Source: Candidatus Aenigmatarchaeota archaeon
GTDB taxonomy: Archaea > Aenigmatarchaeota > Aenigmatarchaeia > QMZP01 > QMZT01
Assembly (NCBI GenBank): GCA_043808015.1
Contig: JAZDFI010000022.1
Location: 1-13,089, forward strand
Direction of reading: 5' to 3'
Length of the DNA stretch: 13,089 nucleotides
Shown: positions 1-6,546 of the stretch, in pieces
How the letters are laid out: each line of letters begins with the position of its first letter
Position numbering within the stretch: position 1 is the stretch's first letter
Position numbers and translations under genes: made by a program
Notes under the pieces: model-generated
The model's input: the letters and a program-made list of their open reading frames with translations, nothing else
Told to the model about the DNA's origin: nothing
Databases searched by the model: none

Positions 1-1
1 T

Positions 2-397
2 CAGCCGCCTCCCGAACAGCCAAAGAAAACGGGAAAAATAGGATTCGTCCTCAGCATGATTGCGGCGCTTGCCGTGCTTTGCAGAATCCTTATTGTAGTC
101 ATTTCATACCTTTTTCCGGTTTCCGGCATGCTCGACTTCATAGTCCCCTATATTTACACGGTTAAAGTGGAACAAGACATGATATCCGTCATCATTTTTC
201 TTTTTTTGACGTCCGTGATGCTTTACGCAGCTGCAGGCACCAGAAGCCAGAAGAGGCATGGCCTGATGGGCAAGCTCGTCATAGTTTTTTCGGTCGCCAT
301 ATTCCTGGTAGAGGCCATCACCAGCATCAATCTCATAGGCGCATCTCTGATGGCACTCGGCGTAGCAGGCGGCCTGCTGGCATGGAAAGGCAAGTAG
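2..397 (+). CDS. Hypothetical membrane protein, 5'-truncated by the window edge
   Basis: Frame is open from position 2 (QPPPEQPKKTGKIGFVLSMIAAL...), so it extends upstream of the ORF-track start at 56. A Pro/Gln linker is followed by about 4 hydrophobic segments; stop TAG at 395-397. Confidence 0.7.
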   Translation, partial: QPPPEQPKKTGKIGFVLSMIAALAVLCRILIVVISYLFPVSGMLDFIVPYIYTVKVEQDMISVIIFLFLTSVMLYAAAGTRSQKRHGLMGKLVIVFSVAIFLVEAITSINLIGASLMALGVAGGLLAWKGK

Positions 398-452
398 AAT
401 TGAATTAAAAATTATTTTTAGGTTTTAGTTTTCGGATTAAAAATATTTTTTA
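398..452. terminator. Probable bidirectional A/T-tract terminator region between convergent genes
   Basis: T-tracts on both strands, arranged as two TAAAAA-N3-TTTTTA palindromes at 406-420 and 438-452. Confidence 0.45.
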
Positions 453-1697
453 CATCCACAACAGCTGCAGCGCTATTTGCGCGGCCAGCACGGCTATGAC
501 CGAGAACGGCAGGCTTATCTTGAGGTATTCTTTCAGCTTTACCTTGTAGCCGTGCTTCTCCAGCATGCCGCACGCGTATACGTTCGCCGTCGCCCCGATG
601 GGCGTTATGTTGCCTCCGATGCCGGTGCCTATCAGCATGCCGAAAAGGAACGGGAACGGGCTGATGCCCATCGTTGCCGCCAGCTGGTTGCAGACGGGTA
701 TCATGAGTATTGTGTAGGGAACGTTGTCTATGAACGACGAAGCGGCGACGGAAACCCATATTATGATTGCCAGCATCAGCGAGGCGTTGCTTATGCCCAT
801 GCCGCCTATAAGGCCGACGAAATCCGACAGGAGCCCGACGGATACAATGGAGCCGACTACTATGAATATGCCGCCTATGAACAGGAAAGAGTCCCAGTCG
901 AATTCTTTCATCATACCCTTCAGATTTTTCCTGCCGACGATAAGCGACACGATTCCAGCTCCGACGCCTATCAGGCCCGGGCTGATGTCATAGTAAGGGC
1001 CGATGACAAGCGCCAGCGTGCCGAAGACAAAGACGAGCGTCGGCACATAGTCGAGTTTACCCCTCTCCACCACGTGTGTGATTTTCTTGTTCATCTTCCT
1101 GAATATGAACAGCAGGCTGAGCATCGCCGCAGCGACGCCGAATATAGTTATGATGCCTAGTCCAACCCGTCCCTGGAACCAGTAGAAGTCGAAGAACTTC
1201 ATGCCAGTTTGCATTGCCAGTACGAGAGCCGGCGGGTCGGCGACCATGGTCACGGTCGTGACGACGTTGGAGCTTATCGCGATTGAAACTATGTACGGGA
1301 ACAGGCTCGACTTCAGCTTCTTCGCCATTTCTATCGCGATTGGTGCGACCATGAGGACCGTGCCGACGTTGGCCATGAAAGCCGATATCACGGCGGTCAG
1401 GATGCACAGCGAAACCAGCGCGTATTTTTCCTTTCTCACATGGTTTATGATGCCGCCCGCTATATGCGCCGGCATCCCGCTCTGCATGAAAATTATGGAG
1501 ATCATCATGAAACCCCAGTAGATGCCCATGACGTTCCATTCTATCATTTCAAAAAAAGCGGCCTGAGGCGAAACGATTCCGAGCAGAATCAGCGCGCCGG
1601 CCGCGGCCAGCGCAGCGTAGGCAATCTTGACCTTCCTGGACATCGCCAGGCCATAACAAGCTATGAAAATGACGAGAGTGAGCAGCTTCTCGATCAT
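450..1697 (-). CDS. ArsB/NhaD (IT superfamily, P-protein/CitMHS-like) ion transporter
   Basis: 415 aa, about 12 TM segments, with the duplicated IT motifs SAFMANVGT...TMVADPPA and SSFIDNVP...GGNITPIGATANV. Confidence 0.88.
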   Translation of the reverse strand: MIEKLLTLVIFIACYGLAMSRKVKIAYAALAAAGALILLGIVSPQAAFFEMIEWNVMGIYWGFMMISIIFMQSGMPAHIAGGIINHVRKEKYALVSLCILTAVISAFMANVGTVLMVAPIAIEMAKKLKSSLFPYIVSIAISSNVVTTVTMVADPPALVLAMQTGMKFFDFYWFQGRVGLGIITIFGVAAAMLSLLFIFRKMNKKITHVVERGKLDYVPTLVFVFGTLALVIGPYYDISPGLIGVGAGIVSLIVGRKNLKGMMKEFDWDSFLFIGGIFIVVGSIVSVGLLSDFVGLIGGMGISNASLMLAIIIWVSVAASSFIDNVPYTILMIPVCNQLAATMGISPFPFLFGMLIGTGIGGNITPIGATANVYACGMLEKHGYKVKLKEYLKISLPFSVIAVLAAQIALQLLWM

Positions 1698-1710
1698 AAT
1701 ATTAATAATT

Positions 1711-1739
1711 TAGCGGAGTTTCGCTATATAAGATTTTGT
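1711..1739 (-). promoter_or_regulatory. BRE/TATA promoter of the transporter with an adjacent inverted repeat
   Basis: Minus strand reads acaaaatc-TTATATA about 30 nt upstream of the ATG, running into TAGCG-N6-CGCTA (1711-1726). Confidence 0.55.
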
Positions 1740-1761
1740 CGCGTCTCTGCCTGCTTTTGCA

Positions 1762-1884
1762 TGCGCCGACCGGGATTTGAACCCGGGTTAGAGGCTTTTT
1801 CCATCAGTGGTTGCCGTATGCATCGAAACCCGCTGGGGTTTTGATTTGGGAAGCCCCTGTCCTACCAGGCTAGACTATCGGCGC
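1762..1884 (-). tRNA. tRNA-Gly(CCC) with a 50-nt intron at canonical position 37/38 (intron 1797-1846); CCA not encoded
   Basis: Acceptor GCGCCGA/TCGGCGC, anticodon arm GGGGC-TTCCCA^A-GCCTC, T arm CCGGG-TTCAAAT-CCCGG. Strict BHB: central helix TTCC/GGAA, bulges CA^A and AA^A, inner helix ATCA/TGAT. Spliced length 73 nt. Confidence 0.97.
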
Positions 1885-2042
1885 GGACCAGCGAAAGACG
1901 CAGGCAAGCCCGCGTCGAAATGCCGGGTGTTCTATAATATATTTGAATATAATAAAAGGGTTTTAGCCGTGCGGATAAAGCCGTGGCTATACTGGGAAAT
2001 AAAAAGAAAAAGCACTGTTTTTGTCCCAACCCGATTAAGCCT

Positions 2043-2417
2043 TCATTTCTTCTTTTTCATTTCAGGGCTTATCAGGAGAAGAACTGCTCCTATGAGCTCC
2101 GGTGCGCCGATGGGCGGAAGGAACGCTGATATGAGCGCGAATATGGCCACTCCCTGATAATCCTTTGACTTGAATTTGCTCATGCCTTTCCAAAGGACTA
2201 TTATGCCCGCTATTGCTAACAGGCCGAAAGCGGTCAAGGCTCCTGCCAGGACCCATGTGAAAGGTGCTATTCCGAGAGTCATGCTGACATTCGTTACCGG
2301 CACAAGGCCGCCGAATATCACTATTACGCCGACTAATTTCAGCAGCAGACCCACGATAATAAGCACTTTTGCTATCGTCGCTTCGGTGCTCAACCCTTTG
2401 AAGTTGAGGTCTATCAT
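2043..2417 (-). CDS. Small hypothetical membrane protein (3-4 TM)
   Basis: Hydrophobic helices and a Lys-rich C-terminus. Start chosen at ATG 2417 (MIDLNF) after a G-rich tract and TATATAA; the longest ORF reaches 2486, so the start is uncertain. Confidence 0.7.
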   Translation of the reverse strand: MIDLNFKGLSTEATIAKVLIIVGLLLKLVGVIVIFGGLVPVTNVSMTLGIAPFTWVLAGALTAFGLLAIAGIIVLWKGMSKFKSKDYQGVAIFALISAFLPPIGAPELIGAVLLLISPEMKKKK

Positions 2418-2510
2418 ATTATATACTTCCCCCGACCCCCCTAATAAATCAAAAACAGGCATATCGGAGCCAACATTGATGCACATGGCGATATAGAAAG
2501 CGCGTATTCG

Positions 2511-3770
2511 CTATTTTTTCCCGGCTTTCTTCCTTGGAACTTTCTTTTCCTTGGCTTTTTCTTCCTTGCACTCTTTTTCCTCGGCCCCGCTTTTCCTGGA
2601 CAGGATGGCGACGCACACCGAAGAATATATGGTGGTCACGAAAATGACAACGAATATGATGTTGGTCATGACGTCCGCTCCCGGGACATTGTATACAATT
2701 GCGAGCTGGGCCATTATTGCGGCGGCCAGCCCCCTGGGGGCCATGACCCTTATCAGGTTCTTGTCGAAAGACGTGGCCTCCATTCTGAGCATGGACACGT
2801 GCGTTGACAGCAGCCTTACTGCTATCAGAACCACGGCTATTATCACACCGTATATAATGTATGACTGGTTTATCACGACAATCAGTCCCAGGAAAACGAA
2901 GAAGAAAGAGCGGATGAAGAAGGTGATCTCGCTCTGGAACTTCTTGAGGTATTCGTTGATCTCGTAATGCCCGCTGCCGAACCTGAGAATCTTGTGCAGG
3001 GTCCGGCCGTTACCGAGCACCAGTCCGAAAAACAGGGCGGCTATCGCACCCGAACCGTCGGAATACTGGACTCCCGCGTAGAGCAGAAACAGGACGCCGA
3101 GCGTCACCATGTAATCGAAACCCTTGCCCCTTATCTTGTCCAGGAGGAAGAGCCATATCAGGCCCGCCACCACCCCGGCAACCGCGCCGATGGAGAAAGC
3201 GCTCAGGATGCCGTGGACAGGGGAATATGTCGCTACAAACGACGACGGCACAATGAGTGCCATGAGCGTCATCGCCACCACGATCACTATCGGGTCGGTG
3301 AGTATTGATTCGAGGTGGAGCGTCGTCCTGGTGTTTTCGTCTATTTTCAGGTGCGAGATCATGCTGATGACAAGCGCGGAGCTGGTGCCGCCGACTATCG
3401 ATCCCAGAAGAAGGCCCGTCAGCAGGTCGAACCTGAAAAACAAAACGGCCACCGCGGCCGTCGCCAGCATGGAGAACACGAACCCCGTTAACGCGAGCAA
3501 AAAGCTCCTGGAGAAGTCGTGGACGAACTTGTACATGCTCGTGTTGAGGCCGGCGTCGAAAAGAATCACGAACAGCGCTATCGATATCATCAGGTTCGAC
3601 ATCGAAACAAAAGGCGCCCTCGGGACGAAGCCGAAATAAGCTATCAGTATGCCGAAAATGAAAAGCCATATGACGTCGGGTATCTTGGTTTTCGAGAATA
3701 TGTGGTTACCTATGTACCCGAGCAGGAGCGTGACGCCGACCAGAAGTATGAACATCAGCGGCTCAATCAT
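2511..3770 (-). CDS. nhaP: NhaP-type cation:proton antiporter (CPA1 family)
   Basis: 419 aa, about 13 TM; motifs IPDV, ILFDAGL, GTSSA, LESILTDP, FFFVFLG, PRGLAAA; charged C-terminal tail. Confidence 0.9.
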   Translation of the reverse strand: MIEPLMFILLVGVTLLLGYIGNHIFSKTKIPDVIWLFIFGILIAYFGFVPRAPFVSMSNLMISIALFVILFDAGLNTSMYKFVHDFSRSFLLALTGFVFSMLATAAVAVLFFRFDLLTGLLLGSIVGGTSSALVISMISHLKIDENTRTTLHLESILTDPIVIVVAMTLMALIVPSSFVATYSPVHGILSAFSIGAVAGVVAGLIWLFLLDKIRGKGFDYMVTLGVLFLLYAGVQYSDGSGAIAALFFGLVLGNGRTLHKILRFGSGHYEINEYLKKFQSEITFFIRSFFFVFLGLIVVINQSYIIYGVIIAVVLIAVRLLSTHVSMLRMEATSFDKNLIRVMAPRGLAAAIMAQLAIVYNVPGADVMTNIIFVVIFVTTIYSSVCVAILSRKSGAEEKECKEEKAKEKKVPRKKAGKK

Positions 3771-3863
3771 AAAATATATTTGGCTGCGTTTGCTTATTAA
3801 ATTGCGGAATTCAACCAGGACTTTATCTTCATTTTTATTATCACATTCGCATAATAATTTATT

Positions 3864-5306
3864 ATGAAAAAAATAAGTCTCGTTTTCGGATTAGTTTTGG
3901 TTTCTGTTGTTTTTTTGTCAGGTTGCATCAACGTCAGCCCAGAGGCGCTGGCCATGGCGAACCCTCTGGTCAAGCAGTTCATGGAGCAATACCCGAATGC
4001 GAAAATAACCGTGAATCACTTTACCGCGGAGCAGAGCGCCCAGATACTTGAGAACATAAGCGCCGAGTGCGGCAATCCATACATAACCGCGAAGGAATTT
4101 TACAGGATAAGCATCGACGACCCGGACAGCGGGCTAAAAGCGTTAGCCTGGATTGACTGGGAGACGAGAAATATCGAGTGTGCCGTCAAGTACAGCAGCG
4201 GCCTGAACAAGACGATATCCAAGCCCGGTGAAGACAACCAGGAATGCAAGTCCCACGCCGAAGTGAAGTGCTACGGCGACCACGTTTACTGGTTCGATTC
4301 GTGCGGCCATAAGGAAGAGAAGAAAGAATACTGCACGTCCGGCTGCGAAAACGGCTTCTGTAAAAGCAAGGAAGGTTGCACCGAGCACGCTGGGGCGAAA
4401 TGCGCTGATGGCCATGTCTACTGGTACGACAGCTGCGACAACAAGGAAGACAAGAAAGAATATTGCCAGAATGGCTGCGAGAACGGCGCGTGCATCGCTA
4501 CAGAGAAGACCTGCTTGAACGAGGGAGAGAGCAAGCCCGTCATCGCGAACCCGCTGCCATGCTGCGAGAGTCTTAGTCTCATACCCCCGAAGGCAGAAAA
4601 CCTTGTGGGCATATACGGGTACTGCACCGCGAAATGCGGCAACGGCATTTGCAATGAAATCGAGACCGCATACAACTGCCCATCGGATTGCGGCAACGCA
4701 AACTGCACCGATTCGGACGGCGGGAAGGACTATTATGTGAAAGGGACGGCAACCCTTGGCGAACAGTCGCTCACCGACCACTGCAACGACGACGGCACGC
4801 TGACGGAGAAATACTGCGAGGGCAACGAGATAAAAGCCGAGTCAGTCTCCTGCCCGACAGGCTATAATTGCGAAGATGCCAGATGCATCATAGCTTCACA
4901 GTCCGATTGCACCGATTCGGACGGCGGGAAGGACTACTATGTCAAAGGCACGGCGACACTTGGTAGTTCTTCTGGGGGCGATTTTTGCATTGGAAACGTT
5001 CTGACAGAAAGGTTCTGCAACGAATATGGCAACATAGACATGGTCACTTACAACTGCACAAGCGAAGGCAAGCAGTGCGGGGACGGGAAGTGCATTATTG
5101 CATCGCAGTCAAATTGTAGCGATTCCGATGGAGGAATTGATTATTATGTCAAGGGAACTGCGACGCTTGGAGCCTCGCAAGGCGGAGATTTTTGCATTGG
5201 AAACGTTCTGACAGAAAGGTTCTGCAACGAATATGGCAACATAGACATGGTCACTTACAACTGCACAAGCGAAGGCAAGCAGTGCGGGGACTCTAGGTGC
5301 TTGTAG
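3864..5306 (+). CDS. Cys-rich secreted lipoprotein/surface protein with tandem repeat modules
   Basis: MKK plus hydrophobic signal peptide with lipobox FLSG^C; two HAxxKCxxxHVYWxDSC...KKEYCxxGCENGxC modules; one CGNGIC..E...NCPSDC module; three CxDSDGG-x-DYYVKGTATLG modules. Confidence 0.9.
   Translation: MKKISLVFGLVLVSVVFLSGCINVSPEALAMANPLVKQFMEQYPNAKITVNHFTAEQSAQILENISAECGNPYITAKEFYRISIDDPDSGLKALAWIDWETRNIECAVKYSSGLNKTISKPGEDNQECKSHAEVKCYGDHVYWFDSCGHKEEKKEYCTSGCENGFCKSKEGCTEHAGAKCADGHVYWYDSCDNKEDKKEYCQNGCENGACIATEKTCLNEGESKPVIANPLPCCESLSLIPPKAENLVGIYGYCTAKCGNGICNEIETAYNCPSDCGNANCTDSDGGKDYYVKGTATLGEQSLTDHCNDDGTLTEKYCEGNEIKAESVSCPTGYNCEDARCIIASQSDCTDSDGGKDYYVKGTATLGSSSGGDFCIGNVLTERFCNEYGNIDMVTYNCTSEGKQCGDGKCIIASQSNCSDSDGGIDYYVKGTATLGASQGGDFCIGNVLTERFCNEYGNIDMVTYNCTSEGKQCGDSRCL
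4704..5303 (+). repeat. Three ~204-207 bp intragenic CxDSDGG repeat units, including a 105-bp exact duplication
   Basis: 4980-5084 is identical to 5187-5291 (offset 207); 4704-4732 is identical to 4908-4936 (29 bp, offset 204). Confidence 0.93.
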
Positions 5307-5314
5307 GAATCTGA

Positions 5315-5328
5315 ATAAAAAAGAGAAA
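5315..5328 (-). terminator. Oligo-T terminator downstream of tRNA-Ser
   Basis: TTTCTCTTTTTTAT directly follows the discriminator base on the minus strand. Confidence 0.65.
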
Positions 5329-5452
5329 CGCTGAGAGCAGGACTCGAACCTGCGCGGGCTATTCACCCACAGGGTTAGCAACCTTACGCGGCTTTCGATT
5401 TTTTCGAAATTCTCGAAAAGCCTCTGCGCCTTAACCACTCGGCCATCTCAGC
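5329..5452 (-). tRNA. tRNA-Ser(GCT) with a 40-nt intron at non-canonical position 29/30 (intron 5384-5423); CCA not encoded
   Basis: Acceptor GCTGAGA/TCTCAGC with G discriminator, long variable arm, T arm GCAGG-TTCGAGT-CCTGC. Removing the insert restores CAG^GG-TTGCTAA-CCCTG. Junction: helix GCGC/GCGT, cuts AG^A and AA^G, inner stem GGCTTT/AAAGCC, no outer helix (relaxed BHB). Confidence 0.95.
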
Positions 5453-6092
5453 AGATTAATATTTCGTCCGCACCTATTTCAGCGAACTTTTTCTGTTTTG
5501 CATTATTATGTGGGTTTATCTCTTTAAAAAATCTTTCCATGTTCTTTCTGCCGGCCAAGCGTATCTTAAGGTTGGATTTTTCGAGCCAGAAATGAAAATC
5601 TAGGTCGCGCAGTATTTCCTTAAGCTGAACAAGATGCGCCAGCGACGGGCTGGAAATTTCTAATATAGGATTCCTGTATTTTCCCGACGTGCGGCGGAGA
5701 TAGAGAGAACCGCTCGAGTCGAAGACGCCTCGTACGTACGCCTTCCAGTATTCGTGGTTGTTGAAAATCAGCTTCGGCATGCGGAGCGCGTGCGCCTTCC
5801 TGCCTATTGGGAATTGCAGGTACGTATGGAACGTTTTCATCGCCTGCCCGCCGCACGCGCGGATGCAAATGACGTACCCGTTCTGGTGTTTCCTTTTGAC
5901 GAGCCTGAGCTCCCTGCCAAAAACCTTTTCGAAGAGCGGCTTCACGTGGCTGCGGTAGTATTGCATCTCGTCCTTCGTGCTCCTAATCTCTAGAATGTAA
6001 CTTCTCGCGGTCGCGTAGATGCTGCCGTCGCCGGCGAATATGCCGCACGCCTCGCCCAGCGTGTCCTTGTTGAGCGAAAGGAGATGGAACAT
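5448..6092 (-). CDS. Free-standing two-motif LAGLIDADG (intein DOD-like) endonuclease-fold protein, second motif degenerate
   Basis: Motif 1 LGEACGIFAGDGS, a GRKA segment, motif 2 AYVRGVFDSSGS, C-terminal RFFKEI; basic protein with no intein splicing ends. ATG 6092 is preferred over GTG 6140 because TATTTAAA lies about 23-30 nt upstream. Confidence 0.88.
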   Translation of the reverse strand: MFHLLSLNKDTLGEACGIFAGDGSIYATARSYILEIRSTKDEMQYYRSHVKPLFEKVFGRELRLVKRKHQNGYVICIRACGGQAMKTFHTYLQFPIGRKAHALRMPKLIFNNHEYWKAYVRGVFDSSGSLYLRRTSGKYRNPILEISSPSLAHLVQLKEILRDLDFHFWLEKSNLKIRLAGRKNMERFFKEINPHNNAKQKKFAEIGADEILIC

Positions 6093-6112
6093 GATTGTTA
6101 TTTGAGGAACGT

Positions 6113-6155
6113 GGTTTAAATATCCGCGCCTTAAAGTCACAAACTTTATAAAGCC
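6113..6155. promoter_or_regulatory. Divergent promoter region for the LAGLIDADG and PRC-barrel genes
   Basis: Minus-strand TATTTAAA at 6115-6122; palindromic CTTTATAAAG at 6144-6153 preceded by an A-rich BRE-like acaaa on the plus strand. Confidence 0.55.
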
Positions 6156-6212
6156 ACCGGATGAATTAAATAACAGATAAATTTTTCAGAAAATCGATTG
6201 AGGGGTGGGTAT

Positions 6213-6512
6213 ATGGCAATAAAAGTTTCGAGCATTTCCGAAACGTACGGCAAGGACGTTTTCACGAACAAGGGTATGTTCTGCGGAAAAGTCGAGGATA
6301 TCGAGTGTGACCTAAAGCGCTTCAAGGTTCGCTCACTGGTCGTGCGCGCGGCAAAGGAATCTTACATCTCCAAGATGCTCGGCAGCAAGAAAGGCGTTAT
6401 CATCCCGTTCCCCATGGTAGAATCCATCGGCGACGTGATACTGATAAAGCACATCTCGCTTCCGGTCGCGGATGATGAGCCCTCGAAAGACGGCGCAGCC
6501 GAAACAGAGTAA
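6213..6512 (+). CDS. Stand-alone PRC-barrel protein (CdpB-like, possible cell-division role)
   Basis: YGKDVFTNKG..GKVEDI...GVIIPFPMVESIGDVILIK is the archaeal PRC-barrel pattern. SD-like GAGGGGTG precedes ATG 6213; acidic tail. Confidence 0.88.
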   Translation: MAIKVSSISETYGKDVFTNKGMFCGKVEDIECDLKRFKVRSLVVRAAKESYISKMLGSKKGVIIPFPMVESIGDVILIKHISLPVADDEPSKDGAAETE

Positions 6513-6546
6513 ATTCTTGAAAAATATCAACGCGGCTTAGAATGAT

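Noticed and set aside
1797-1846. Box C/D guide RNA or nested intron inside the tRNA-Gly intron
   Set aside because: A CTGA is present but no RTGATGA C box, and I could not form a second valid BHB.
1440-2157. ORFs 1440-1844 and 1807-2157
   Set aside because: They overlap tRNA-Gly and neighbouring genes on the opposite strand; RRPGFEPG is simply the translated antisense T arm.
429-3893. Exact 12-mer GTTTTCGGATTA at 429-440 and 3882-3893
   Set aside because: One copy is within a signal-peptide coding region and no mobile-element genes lie between them; likely chance.
4980-5291. 105-bp repeat pair as a DGR template/variable repeat or a CRISPR array
   Set aside because: Copies are identical with no adenine-specific differences, both are in-frame coding, and there is no reverse transcriptase, cas gene or spacer structure.
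5109-5438. 109-aa minus-strand ORF
   Set aside because: It runs through tRNA-Ser and antisense to the lipoprotein gene.
5448-6200. LAGLIDADG ORF as part of an intein, a large intron or a split tRNA
   Set aside because: No Cys/Ser start, His-Asn end or extein; the tRNA-Ser gene is complete on its own, and I found no exon or tRNA half upstream of the ORF.
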